Origin: Auanema rhodensis
Taxonomy: Eukaryota; Animalia; Nematoda
DNA: 64,000 nucleotides
Reading direction: 5' to 3'
NCBI GenBank assembly: GCA_964057225.1
Contig: CAXKVF010000077.1
Span: forward strand, 496,001-560,000
Within the stretch, counting starts at the first letter, position 1, and each line of letters begins with the position of its first letter. The notes under the pieces were generated by a model. It saw only the letters and a list, made by a program, of their open reading frames with translations, had not been told where the DNA came from and made no database searches. This document shows, piece after piece, positions 40,801 through 55,966 of this stretch. The position numbers and the translations under genes were made by a program.

Positions 40801-43472
40801 AATTTGTTTTTAGACTAATATGGACATGGGGAATCTAATTTTGAAAACCGCATCTCTTCATCTTTCACGTGAAGCGAGTTACATACCAAGTGCACATCAC
40901 GTGTACATTTAATTAGCATAAATTAAAGTTCACGTAAATTTCAAAGTCATGGTTACCATGCACCAATATCAATAAAAATTTGTTTTTAGACTAATATGGA
41001 CATGGGGAATCTAATTTTGAAAACCGCATCTCTTTTTCTTTCACGTGAAGCGAGTTACATACCAAGTGCACATCACGTGTACATTTAATTAGCATAAATT
41101 AAAGTTCACGTAAATTTCAAAGTCATGGTTACCATGCACCAATATCAATAAAAATTTGTTTTTAGACTAATATGGACATGGGGAATCTAATTTTGAAAAC
41201 CGCATCTCTTTATCTTTCACGTGAAGCGAGTTACATACCAAGTGCACATCACGTGTACAATTAATTAGCATAAATTAAAGTTCACGTAAATTTCAAAGTC
41301 ATGGTTACCATGAAGCAATATCAATAAAAATTTGTTTCTAGACTAATATGGACATGGGGAATCTAATTTTGAAAACCGCATCTCTTTATCTTTCACGTGA
41401 AGCGAGTTACATACCAAGTGCACATCACGTGTACATTTAATTAGCATAAATTAAAGTTCACGTAAATTTCAAAGTCATGGTTACCATGAAGCAATATCAA
41501 TAAAAATTTGTTTTTAGACTAATATGGACATGGGGAATCTAATTTTGAAAACCACATCTCTTTATCTTTCACGTGAAGCGAGTTACATACCAAGTGCACA
41601 TCACGTGTACATTTAATTAGCATAAATTAAAGTTCACGTAAATTTCAAAGTCATGGTTACCATGAACCAATATCAATAAAAATTTGTTTTTAGACTAATA
41701 TGGACATGGGGAATCTAATTTTGAAAACCGCATCTCTTTATCTTTCACGTGAAGCGAGTTACATACCAAGTGCACATCACGTGTACATTTAATTAGCATA
41801 AATTAAAGTTCACGTAAATTTCAAAGTCATGGTTACCATGAACTAATATCAATAAAAATTTGTTTTTAGACTAATATGGACATGGGGAATCTAATTTTGA
41901 AAACCGCATCTCTTTATCTTTCACGTGAAGCGAGTTACATACCAAGTGCACATCACGTGTACATTTAATTAGCATAAATTAAAGTTCACGTAAATTTCAA
42001 AGTCATGGTTACCATGAACCAATATCAATAAAAATTTGTTTTTAGACTAATATGGACATGGGGAATCTAATTTTGAAAACCGCATCTCTTTATCTTTCAC
42101 GTGAAGCGAGTTACATACCAAGTGCACATCACGTGTACATTTAATTAGCATAAATTAAAGTTCACGTAAATTTCAAAGTCATGGTTACCATGAACCAATA
42201 TCAATAAAAATTTGTTTTTAGACTAATATGGACATGGGGAATCTAATTTTGAAAACCGCATCTCTTTATCTTTCACGTGAAGCGAGTTACATACCAAGTG
42301 CACATCACGTGTACATTTAATTAGCATAAATTAAAGTTCACGTAAATTTCAAAGTCATGGTTACCATGAACCAATATCAATAAAAATTTGTTTTTAGACT
42401 AATATGGACATGGGGAATCTAATTTTGAAAACCGCATCTCTTTATCTTTCACGTGAAGCGAGTTACATACCAAGTGCACATCACGTGTACATTTAATTAG
42501 CATAAATTAAAGTTCACGTAAATTTCAAAGTCATGGTTACCATGCACCAATATCAATAAAAATTTGTTTTTAGACTAATATGGACATGGGGAATCTAATT
42601 TTGAAAACCGCATCTCTTTATCTTTCACGTGAAGCGAGTTACATACCAAGTGCACATCACGTGTACATTTAATTAGCATAAATTAAAGTTCACGTAAATT
42701 TCAAAGTCATGGTTACCATGAACCAATATCAATAAAAATTTGTTTTTAGACTAATATGGACATGAGGAATCTAATTTTGAAAACCGCATCTCTTCATCTT
42801 TCACGTGAAGCGAGTTACATACCAAGTGCACATCACGTGTACATTTAATTAGCATAAATTAAAGTTCACGTAAATTTCAAAGTCATGGTTACCATGAACC
42901 AATATCAATAAAAATTTGTTTTTAGACTAATATGGACATGGGGAATCTAATTTTGAAAACCGCATCTCTTTATCTTTCACGTGAAGCGAGTTACATACCA
43001 AGTGCACATCACGTGTACATTTAATTAGCATAAATTAAAGTTCACGTAAATTTCAAAGTCATGGTTACCATGAACCAATATCAATAAAAATTTGTTTTTA
43101 GACTAATATGGACATGGGGAATCTAATTTTGAAAACCGCATCTCTTTATCTTTCACGTGAAGCGAGTTACATACCAAGTGCACATCACGTGTACATTTAA
43201 TTAGCATAAATTAAAGTTCACGTAAACTTCAAAGTCATGGTTACCATGCACCAATATCAATAAAAATTTGTTTTTAGACTAATATGGACATGGGGAATCT
43301 AATTTTGAAAACCGCATCTCTTTATCTTTCACGTGAAGCGAGTTACATACCAAGTGCACATCACGTGTACATTTAATTAGCATAAATTAAAGTTCACGTA
43401 AATTTCAAAGTCATGGTTACCATGCACAAATATCAATAAAAATTTGTTTTTAGACTAATATGGACATGGGGA

Positions 43473-45056
43473 ATCTAATTTTGAAAACCGCATCTCTTTA
43501 TCTTTCACGTGAAACGAGTTACATACCAAGTGCACATCACGTGTACATTTAATTAGCATAAATTAAAGTTCACGTAAATTTCAAAGTCATGGTTACCACG
43601 CACCAATATCAATAAAAATTTGTTTTTAGACTAATATGGACATGGGGAATCTAATTTTGAAAACCGCATCTCTTTATCTTTCACGTGGAGCGAGTTACAT
43701 ACCAAGTGCACATCACGTGTACATTTAATTAGCATAAATTAAAGTTCACGTAAATTTCAAAGTCATGGTTACCATGAAGCAATATCAATAAAAATTTGTT
43801 TTTAGACTAATATGGACATGGGGAATCTAATTTTGAAAACCGCATCTCTTTATCTTTCACGTGAAGCGAGTTACATACCAAGTGCACATCACGTGTACAT
43901 TTAATTAGCATAAATTAAAGTTCACGTAAATTTCAAAGTCATGGTTACCATGAAGCAATATCAATAAAAATTTGTTTTTAGACTAATATGGACATGGGGA
44001 ATCTAATTTTGAAAACCGCATCTCTTTATCTTTCACGTGAAGCGAGTTACATACCAAGTGCACATCACGTGTACATTTAATTAGCATAAATTAAAGTTCA
44101 CGTAAATTTCAAAGTCATGGTTACCATGAAGCAATATCAATAAAAATTTGTTTTTAGACTAATATGGACATGGGGAATCTAATTTTGGAAACCGCATTTC
44201 TTTATCTTTCACGTGAAGCGAGTTACATACCAAGAGCACATCACGTGTACATTTAATTAGCATAAATTAAAGTTCACGTAAATTTCAAAGTCATGGTTAC
44301 CACGCACCAATATCAATAAAAATTTGTTTTTAGACTAATATGGACATGGGGAATCTAATTTTGAAAACCGCATCTCTTTATCTTTCACGTGGAGCGAGTT
44401 ACATACCAAGTGCACATCACGTGTACATTTAATTAGCATAAATTAAAGTTCACGTAAATTTCAAAGTCATGGTTACCATGAAGCAATATCAATAAAAATT
44501 TGTTTTTAGACTAATATGGACATGGGGAATCTAATTTTGAAAACCGCATCTCTTTATCTTTCACGTGAAGCGAGTTACATACCAAGTGCACATCACGTGT
44601 ACATTTAATTAGCATAAATTAAAGTTCACGTAAATTTCAAAGTCATGGTTACCATGAAGCAATATCAATAAAAATTTGTTTTTAGACTAATATGGACATG
44701 GGGAATCTAATTTTGAAAACCGCATCTCTTTATCTTTCACGTGAAGCGAGTTACATACCAAGTGCACATCACGTGTACATTTAATTAGCATAAATTAAAG
44801 TTCACGTAAATTTCAAAGTCATGGTTACCATGAAGCAATATCAATAAAAATTTGTTTTTAGACTAATATGGACATGGGGAATCTAATTTTGGAAACCGCA
44901 TTTCTTTATCTTTCACGTGAAGCGAGTTACATACCAAGAGCACATCACGTGTACATTTAATTAGCATAAATTAAAGTTCACGTAAATTTCAAAGTCATGG
45001 TTACCATGAAGCAATATCAATAAAAATTTGTTTTTAGACTAATATGGACATGGGGA
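43473..45056. repeat. Local 4-monomer (704-bp) tandem duplication
   Basis: T127C at 43599 and 44303. A40G and the A12G+C22T+T59A monomer also repeat at +704. Confidence 0.85.
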
Positions 45057-48000
45057 ATCTAATTTTGAAAACCGCATCTCTTTATCTTTCACGTGAAGCG
45101 AGTTACATACCAAGAGCACATCACGTGTACATTTAATTAGCATAAATTAAAGTTCACGTAAATTTCAAAGTCATGGTTACCATGCACCAATATCAATAAA
45201 AATTTGTTTTTAGACTAATATGGACATGGGGAATCTAATTTTGAAAACCGCATCTCTTTATCTTTCACGTCAAGCGAGTTACATACCAAGTGCACATCAC
45301 GTGTACATTTAATTAGCATAAATTAAAGTTCACGTAAATTTCAAAGTCATGGTTACCATGAACCAATATCAATAAAAATTTGTTTTTAGACTAATATGGA
45401 CATGGGGAATCTAATTTTGAAAACCGCATCTCTTTATCTTTCACGTGAAGCGAGTTACATACCAAGTGCACATCACGTGTACATTTAATTAGCATAAATT
45501 AAAGTTCACGTAAATTTCAAAGTCATGGTTACCATGAACCAATATCAATAAAAATTTGTTTTTAGACTAATATGGACATGGGGAATCTAATTTTGAAAAC
45601 CGCATCTCTTTATCTTTCACGTGAAGCGAGTTACATACCAAGTGCACATCACGTGTACATTTAATTAGCATAAATTAAAGTTCACGTAAATTTCAAAGTC
45701 ATGGTTACCATGAACCAATATCAATAAAAATTTGTTTTTAGACTAATATGGACATGGGGAATCTAATTTTGAAAACCGCATCTCTTCATCTTTCACGTGA
45801 AGCGAGTTACATACCAAGTGCACATCACGTGTACATTTAATTAGCATAAATTAAAGTTCACGTAAATTTCAAAGTCATGGTTACCATGCACAAATATCAA
45901 TAAAAATTTGTTTTTAGACTAATATGGACATGGGGAATCTAAGTTTGAAAACCGCATCTCTTTATCTTTCACGTGAAGCGAGTTACATACCAAGTGCACA
46001 TCACGTGTACATTTAATTAGCATAAATTAAAGTTCACGTAAATTTCAAAGTCATGGTTACCACGCACCAATATCAATAAAAATTTGTTTTTAGACTAATA
46101 TGGACATGGGGAATCTAATTTTGAAAACCGCATCTCTTTATCTTTTACGTGAAGCGAGTTACATACCAAGTGCACATCACGTGTACATTTAATTAGCATA
46201 AATTAAAGTTCACGTAAATTTCAAAGTCATGGTTACCATGAAGCAATATCAATAAAAATTTGTTTTTAGACTAATATGGACATGGGGAATCTAATTTTGA
46301 AAACCGCATCTCTTTATCTTTCACGTGAAGCGAGTTACATACCAAGTGCACATCACGTGTACATTTAATTAGCATAAATTAAAGTTCACGTAAATTTCAA
46401 AGTCATGGTTACCATGAACCAATATCAATAAAAATTTGTTTTTAGACTAATATGGACATGGGGATTCTAATTTTGAAAACCGCATCTCTTTATCTTTCAC
46501 GTGAAGCGAGTTACATACCAAGTGCACATCACGTGTACATTTAATTAGCATAAATTAAAGTTCACGTAAATTTCAAAGTCATGGTTACCATGAACCAATA
46601 TCAATAAAAATTTGTTTTTAGACTAATATGGACATGGGGAATCTAATTTTGAAAACCGCATCTCTTTATCTTTCACGTGAAGCGAGTTACATACCAAGTG
46701 CACATCACGTGTACATTTAATTAGCATAAATTAAAGTTCACGTAAATTTCAAAGTCATGGTTACCACGCACCAATATCAATAAAAATTTGTTTTTAGACT
46801 AATATGGACATGGGGAATCTAATTTTGAAAACCGCATCTCTTTATCTTTCACGTGGAGCGAGTTACATACCAAGTGCACATCACGTGTACATTTAATTAG
46901 CATAAATTAAAGTTCACGTAAATTTCAAAGTCATGGTTACCATGAAGCAATATCAATAAAAATTTGTTTTTAGACTAATATGGACATGGGGAATCTAATT
47001 TTGAAAACCGCATCTCTTTATCTTTTACGTGAAGCGAGTTACATACCAAGTGCACATCACGTGTACATTTAATTAGCATAAATTAAAGTTCACGTAAATT
47101 TCAAAGTCATGGTTACCATGAAGCAATATCAATAAAAATTTGTTTTTAGACTAATATGGACATGGGGAATCTAATTTTGAGAACCGCATTTCTTTATCTT
47201 TCACGTGAAGCGAGTTACATACCAAGAGCACATCACGTGTACATTTAATTAGCATAAATTAAAGTTCACGTAAATTTCAAAGTCATGGTTACCATGAACC
47301 AATATCAATAAAAATTTGTTTTTAGACTAATATGGACATGGAGAATCTAATTTTGAAAACCGCATCTCTTTATCTTTCACGTGAAGCGAGTTACATACCA
47401 AGAGCACATCACGTGTACATTTAATTAGCATAAATTAAAGTTCACGTAAATTTCAAAGTCATGGTTACCATGCACCAATATCAATAAAAATTTGTTTTTA
47501 GACTAATATGGACATGGGGAATCTAATTTTGAAAACCGCATCTCTTTATCTTTCACGTGAAGCGAGTTACATACCAAGTGCACATCACGTGTACATTTAA
47601 TTAGCATAAATTAAAGTTCACGTAAATTTCAAAGTCATGGTTACCATGAACCAATATCAATAAAAATTTGTTTTTAGACTAATATGGACATGGGGAATCT
47701 AATTTTGAAAACCGCATCTCTTTATCTTTCACGTGAAGCGAGTTACATACCAAGTGCACATCACGTGTACATTTAATTAGCATAAATTAAAGTTCACGTA
47801 AATTTCAAAGTCATGGTTACCATGAACCAATATCAATAAAAATTTGTTTTTAGACTAATATGGACATGGGGAATCTAATTTTGAAAACCGCATCTCTTTA
47901 TCTTTCACGTGAAGCGAGTTACATACCAAGTGCACATCACGTGTACATTTAATTAGCATAAATTAAAGTTCACGTAAATTTCAAAGTCATGGTTACCATG

Positions 48001-51000
48001 CACAAATATCAATAAAAATTTGTTTTTAGACTAATATGGACATGGGGAATCTAATTTTGAAAACCGCATCTCTTTATCTTTCACGTGGAGCGAGTTACAT
48101 ACCAAGTGCACATCACGTGTACATTTAATTAGCATAAATTAAAGTTCACGTAAATTTCAAAGTCATGGTTACCATGAAGCAATATCAATAAAAATTTGTT
48201 TTTAGACTAATATGGACATGGGGAATCTAATTTTGAAAACCGCATCTCTTTATCTTTTACGTGAAGCGAGTTACATACCAAGTGCACATCACGTGTACAT
48301 TTAATTAGCATAAATTAAAGTTCACGTAAATTTCAAAGTCATGGTTACCATGAAGCAATATCAATAAAAATTTGTTTTTAGACTAATATGGACATGGGGA
48401 ATCTAATTTTGAAAACCGCATCTCTTTATCTTTCACGTGAAGCGAGTTACATACCAAGTGCACATCACGTGTACATTTAATTAGCATAAATTAAAGTTCA
48501 CGTAAATTTCAAAGTCATGGTTACCATGAACCAATATCAATAAAAATTTGTTTTCAGACTAATATGGACATGGGGAATCTAATTTTGAAAACCGCATCTC
48601 TTTATCTTTTACGTGAAGCGAGTTACATACCAAGTGCACATCACGTGTACATTTAATTAGCATAAATTAAAGTTCACCTAAATTTCAAAGTCATGGTTAC
48701 CATGAAGCAATATCAATAAAAATTTGTTTTTAGACTAATATGGACATGGGGAATCTAATTTTGGAAACCGCATTTCTTTATCTTTCACGTGAAGCGAGTT
48801 ACATACCAAGAGCACATCACGTGTACATTTAATTAGCATAAATTAAAGTTCACGTAAATTTCAAAGTCATGGTTACCATGAAGCAATATCAATAAAAATT
48901 TGTTTTTAGACTAATATGGACATGGGGAATCTAATTTTGAAAACCGCATCTCTTTATCTTTCACGTGAAGCGAGTTACATACCAAGAGCACATCACGTGT
49001 ACATTTAATTAGCATAAATTAAAGTTCACGTAAATTTCAAAGTCATGGTTACCATGCACCAATATCAATAAAAATTTGTTTTTAGACTAATATGGACATG
49101 GGGAATCTAATTTTGAAAACCGCATCTCTTTATCTTTCACGTCAAGCGAGTTACATACCAAGTGCACATCACGTGTACATTTAATTAGCATAAATTAAAG
49201 TTCACGTAAATTTCAAAGTCATGGTTACCATGAACCAATATCAATAAAAATTTGTTTTTAGACTAATATGGACATGGGGAATCTAATTTTGAAAACCGCA
49301 TCTCTTTATCTTTCACGTGAAGCGAGTTACATACCAAGTGCACATCACGTGTACATTTAATTAGCATAAATTAAAGTTCACGTAAATTTCAAAGTCATGG
49401 TTACCATGAACCAATATCAATAAAAATTTGTTTTTAGACTAATATGGACATGGGGAATCTAATTTTGAAAACCGCATCTCTTTATCTTTCACGTGAAGCG
49501 AGTTACATACCAAGTGCACATCACGTGTACATTTAATTAGCATAAATTAAAGTTCACGTAAATTTCAAAGTCATGGTTACCATGAACCAATATCAATAAA
49601 AATTTGTTTTTAGACTAATATGGACATGGGGAATCTAATTTTGAAAACCGCATCTCTTCATCTTTCACGTGAAGCGAGTTACATACCAAGTGCACATCAC
49701 GTGTACATTTAATTAGCATAAATTAAAGTTCACGTAAATTTCAAAGTCATGGTTACCATGCACAAATATCAATAAAAATTTGTTTTTAGACTAATATGGA
49801 CATGGGGAATCTAAGTTTGAAAACCGCATCTCTTTATCTTTCACGTGAAGCGAGTTACATACCAAGTGCACATCACGTGTACATTTAATTAGCATAAATT
49901 AAAGTTCACGTAAATTTCAAAGTCATGGTTACCACGCACCAATATCAATAAAAATTTGTTTTTAGACTAATATGGACATGGGGAATCTAATTTTGAAAAC
50001 CGCATCTCTTTATCTTTTACGTGAAGCGAGTTACATACCAAGTGCACATCACGTGTACATTTAATTAGCATAAATTAAAGTTCACGTAAATTTCAAAGTC
50101 ATGGTTACCATGAAGCAATATCAATAAAAATTTGTTTTTAGACTAATATGGACATGGGGAATCTAATTTTGAAAACCGCATCTCTTCATCTTTCACGTGA
50201 AGCGAGTTACATACCAAGTGCACATCACGTGTACATTTAATTAGCATAAATTAAAGTTCACGTAAATTTCAAAGTCATGGTTACCATGCACAAATATCAA
50301 TAAAAATTTGTTTTTAGACTAATATGGACATGGGGAATCTAAGTTTGAAAACCGCATCTCTTTATCTTTCACGTGAAGCGAGTTACATACCAAGTGCACA
50401 TCACGTGTACATTTAATTAGCATAAATTAAAGTTCACGTAAATTTCAAAGTCATGGTTACCACGCACCAATATCAATAAAAATTTGTTTTTAGACTAATA
50501 TGGACATGGGGAATCTAATTTTGAAAACCGCATCTCTTTATCTTTTACGTGAAGCGAGTTACATACCAAGTGCACATCACGTGTACATTTAATTAGCATA
50601 AATTAAAGTTCACGTAAATTTCAAAGTCATGGTTACCATGAAGCAATATCAATAAAAATTTGTTTTTAGACTAATATGGACATGGGGAATCTAATTTTGA
50701 AAACCGCATCTCTTTATCTTTCACGTGAAGCGAGTTACATACCAAGTGCACATCACGTGTACATTTAATTAGCATAAATTAAAGTTCACGTAAATTTCAA
50801 AGTCATGGTTACCATGAACCAATATCAATAAAAATTTGTTTTTAGACTAATATGGACATGGGGATTCTAATTTTGAAAACCGCATCTCTTTATCTTTCAC
50901 GTGAAGCGAGTTACATACCAAGTGCACATCACGTGTACATTTAATTAGCATAAATTAAAGTTCACGTAAATTTCAAAGTCATGGTTACCATGAACCAATA

Positions 51001-54000
51001 TCAATAAAAATTTGTTTTTAGACTAATATGGACATGGGGAATCTAATTTTGAAAACCGCATCTCTTCATCTTTCACGTGAAGCGAGTTACATACCAAGTG
51101 CACATCACGTGTACATTTAATTAGCATAAATTAAAGTTCACGTAAATTTCAAAGTCATGGTTACCATGAACCAATATCAATAAAAATTTGTTTTTAGACT
51201 AATATGGACATGGGGAATCTAATTTTGAAAACCGCATCTCTTTATCTTTCACGTGAAGCGAGTTACATACCAAGTGCACATCACGTGTACATTTAATTAG
51301 CATAAATTAAAGTTCACGTAAATTTCAAAGTCATGGTTACCATGAACCAATATCAATAAAAATTTGTTTTTAGACTAATATGGACATGGGGAATCTAATT
51401 TTGAAAACCGCATCTCTTCATCTTTCACGTGAAGCGAGTTACATACCAAGTGCACATCACGTGTACATTTAATTAGCATAAATTAAAGTTCACGTAAATT
51501 TCAAAGTCATGGTTACCATGCACAAATATCAATAAAAATTTGTTTTTAGACTAATATGGACATGGGGAATCTAAGTTTGAAAACCGCATCTCTTTATCTT
51601 TCACGTGAAGCGAGTTACATACCAAGTGCACATCACGTGTACATTTAATTAGCATAAATTAAAGTTCACGTAAATTTCAAAGTCATGGTTACCACGCACC
51701 AATATCAATAAAAATTTGTTTTTAGACTAATATGGACATGGGGAATCTAATTTTGAAAACCGCATCTCTTTATCTTTTACGTGAAGCGAGTTACATACCA
51801 AGTGCACATCACGTGTACATTTAATTAGCATAAATTAAAGTTCACGTAAATTTCAAAGTCATGGTTACCATGAAGCAATATCAATAAAAATTTGTTTTTA
51901 GACTAATATGGACATGGGGAATCTAATTTTGAAAACCGCATCTCTTTATCTTTCACGTGAAGCGAGTTACATACCAAGTGCACATCACGTGTACATTTAA
52001 TTAGCATAAATTAAAGTTCACGTAAATTTCAAAGTCATGGTTACCATGAACCAATATCAATAAAAATTTGTTTTTAGACTAATATGGACATGGGGATTCT
52101 AATTTTGAAAACCGCATCTCTTTATCTTTCACGTGAAGCGAGTTACATACCAAGTGCACATCACGTGTACATTTAATTAGCATAAATTAAAGTTCACGTA
52201 AATTTCAAAGTCATGGTTACCATGAACCAATATCAATAAAAATTTGTTTTTAGACTAATATGGACATGGGGAATCTAATTTTGAAAACCGCATCTCTTCA
52301 TCTTTCACGTGAAGCGAGTTACATACCAAGTGCACATCACGTGTACATTTAATTAGCATAAATTAAAGTTCACGTAAATTTCAAAGTCATGGTTACCATG
52401 CACAAATATCAATAAAAATTTGTTTTTAGACTGATATGGACATGGGGAATCTAATTTTGAAAACCGCATCTCTTTATCTTTCACGTGAAGCGAGTTACAT
52501 ACCAAGTGCACATCACGTGTACATTTAATTAGCATAAATTAAAGTTCACGTAAATTTCAAAGTCATGGTTACCACGCACCAATATCAATAAAAATTTGTT
52601 TTTAGACTAATATGGACATGGGGAATCTAATTTTGAAAACCGCATCTCTTTATCTTTCACGTGGAGCGAGTTACATACCAAGTGCACATCACGTGTACAT
52701 TTAATTAGCATAAATTAAAGTTCACGTAAATTTCAAAGTCATGGTTACCATGAAGCAATATCAATAAAAATTTGTTTTTAGACTAATATGGACATGGGGA
52801 ATCTAATTTTGAAAACCGCATCTCTTTATCTTTTACGTGAAGCGAGTTACATACCAAGTGCACATCACGTGTACATTTAATTAGCATAAATTAAAGTTCA
52901 CGTAAATTTCAAAGTCATGGTTACCATGAAGCAATATCAATAAAAATTTGTTTTTAGACTAATATGGACATGGGGAATCTAATTTTGAGAACCGCATTTC
53001 TTTATCTTTCACGTGAAGCGAGTTACATACCAAGAGCACATCACGTGTACATTTAATTAGCATAAATTAAAGTTCACGTAAATTTCAAAGTCATGGTTAC
53101 CATGAACCAATATCAATAAAAATTTGTTTTTAGACTAATATGGACATGGAGAATCTAATTTTGAAAACCGCATCTCTTTATCTTTCACGTGAAGCGAGTT
53201 ACATACCAAGAGCACATCACGTGTACATTTAATTAGCATAAATTAAAGTTCACGTAAATTTCAAAGTCATGGTTACCATGCACCAATATCAATAAAAATT
53301 TGTTTTTAGACTAATATGGACATGGGGAATCTAATTTTGAAAACCGCATCTCTTTATCTTTCACGTGAAGCGAGTTACATACCAAGTGCACATCACGTGT
53401 ACATTTAATTAGCATAAATTAAAGTTCACGTAAATTTCAAAGTCATGGTTACCATGAACCAATATCAATAAAAATTTGTTTTTAGACTAATATGGACATG
53501 GGGAATCTAATTTTGAAAACCGCATCTCTTTATCTTTCACGTGAAGCAAGTTACATACCAAGTGCACATCACGTGTACATTTAATTAGCATAAATTAAAG
53601 TTCACGTAAATTTCAAAGTCATGGTTACCATGAACCAATATCAATAAAAATTTGTTTTTAGACTAATATGGACATGGGGAATCTAATTTTGAAAACCGCA
53701 TCTCTTTATCTTTCACGTGAAGCGAGTTACATACCAAGTGCACATCACGTGTACATTTAATTAGCATAAATTAAAGTTCACGTAAATTTCAAAGTCATGG
53801 TTACCATGCACAAATATCAATAAAAATTTGTTTTTAGACTAATATGGACATGGGGAATCTAATTTTGAAAACCGCATCTCTTTATCTTTCACGTGGAGCG
53901 AGTTACATACCAAGTGCACATCACGTGTACATTTAATTAGCATAAATTAAAGTTCACGTAAATTTCAAAGTCATGGTTACCATGAAGCAATATCAATAAA

Positions 54001-54560
54001 AATTTGTTTTTAGACTAATATGGACATGGGGAATCTAATTTTGAAAACCGCATCTCTTTATCTTTTACGTGAAGCGAGTTACATACCAAGTGCACATCAC
54101 GTGTACATTTAATTAGCATAAATTAAAGTTCACGTAAATTTCAAAGTCATGGTTACCATGAAGCAATATCAATAAAAATTTGTTTTTAGACTAATATGGA
54201 CATGGGGAATCTAATTTTGAAAACCGCATCTCTTTATCTTTCACGTGAAGCGAGTTACATACCAAGTGCACATCACGTGTACATTTAATTAGCATAAATT
54301 AAAGTTCACGTAAATTTCAAAGTCATGGTTACCATGAACCAATATCAATAAAAATTTGTTTTCAGACTAATATGGACATGGGGAATCTAATTTTGAAAAC
54401 CGCATCTCTTTATCTTTTACGTGAAGCGAGTTACATACCAAGTGCACATCACGTGTACATTTAATTAGCATAAATTAAAGTTCACGTAAATTTCAAAGTC
54501 ATGGTTACCATGAAGCAATATCAATAAAAATTTGTTTTTAGACTAATATGGACATGGGGA
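44881..54560. repeat. Higher-order repeat: 22-monomer unit followed by an internally expanded 33-monomer copy
   Basis: G39C at 45271 and 49143 (3872 bp = 22 monomers). A13G at 47181 and 52989 (5808 bp = 33 monomers). The extra monomers come from re-duplication of the T27C+C132A / T7G+T127C / C34T block. Confidence 0.8.
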
Positions 54561-55963
54561 ATCTAATTTTGAAAACCGCATCTCTTTATCTTTCACGTGA
54601 AGCGAGTTACATACCAAGTGCACATCACGTGTACATTTAATTAGCATAAATTAAAGTTCACGTAAATTTCAAAGTCATGGTTACCATGAACCAATATCAA
54701 TAAAAATTTGTTTTTAGACTAATATGGACATGGGGAATCTAATTTTGAAAACCGCATCTCTTTATCTTTCACGTGAAGCGAGTTACATACCAAGTGCACA
54801 TCACGTGTACATTTAATTAGCATAAATTAAAGTTCACGTAAATTTCAAAGTCATGGTTACCATGAACCAATATCAATAAAAATTTGTTTTTAGACTAATA
54901 TGGACATGGGGAATCTAATTTTGAAAACCGCATCTCTTCATCTTTCACGTGAAGCGAGTTACATACCAAGTGCACATCACGTGTACATTTAATTAGCATA
55001 AATTAAAGTTCACGTAAATTTCAAAGTCATGGTTACCATGCACCAATATCAATAAAAATTTGTTTTTAGACTAATATGGACATGGGGAATCTAATTTTGA
55101 AAACCGCATCTCTTTTTCTTTCACGTGAAGCGAGTTACATACCAAGTGCACATCACGTGTACATTTAATTAGCATAAATTAAAGTTCACGTAAATTTCAA
55201 AGTCATGGTTACCATGCACCAATATCAATAAAAATTTGTTTTTAGACTAATATGGACATGGGGAATCTAATTTTGAAAACCGCATCTCTTTATCTTTCAC
55301 GTGAAGCGAGTTACATACCAAGTGCACATCACGTGTACATTTAATTAGCATAAATTAAAGTTCACGTAAATTTCAAAGTCATGGTTACCATGAACCAATA
55401 TCAATAAAAATTTGTTTTTAGACTAATATGGACATGGGGAATCTAATTTTGAAAACCGCATCTCTTCATCTTTCACGTGAAGCGAGTTACATACCAAGTG
55501 CACATCACGTGTACATTTAATTAGCATAAATTAAAGTTCACCTAAATTTCAAAGTCATGGTTACCATGCACAAATATCAATAAAAATTTGTTTTTAGACT
55601 AATATGGACATGGGGAATCTAATTTTGAAAACCGCATCTCTTTATCTTTCACGTGGAGCGAGTTACATACCAAGTGCACATCACGTGTACATTTAATTAG
55701 CATAAATTAAAGTTCACGTAAATTTCAAAGTCATGGTTACCATGAAGCAATATCAATAAAAATTTGTTTTTAGACTAATATGGACATGGGGAATCTAATT
55801 TTGAAAACCGCATCTCTTTATCTTTTACGTGAAGCGAGTTACATACCAAGTGCACATCACGTGTACATTTAATTAGCATAAATTAAAGTTCACGTAAATT
55901 TCAAAGTCATGGTTACCATGAAGCAATATCAATAAAAATTTGTTTTTAGACTAATATGGACAT

Positions 55964-55966
55964 GGG
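55964..55966. other. 1-bp deletion (GGGG to GGG), giving a 175-bp monomer
   Basis: catgggaatc replaces catggggaatc and the array register shifts by 1. Confidence 0.9.

Noticed and set aside
52353-52535. Second 60-aa minus-strand ORF
   Set aside because: Same frame of the same monomer. A161G at 52433 turns TAG into CAG, an independent chance loss of the stop codon.
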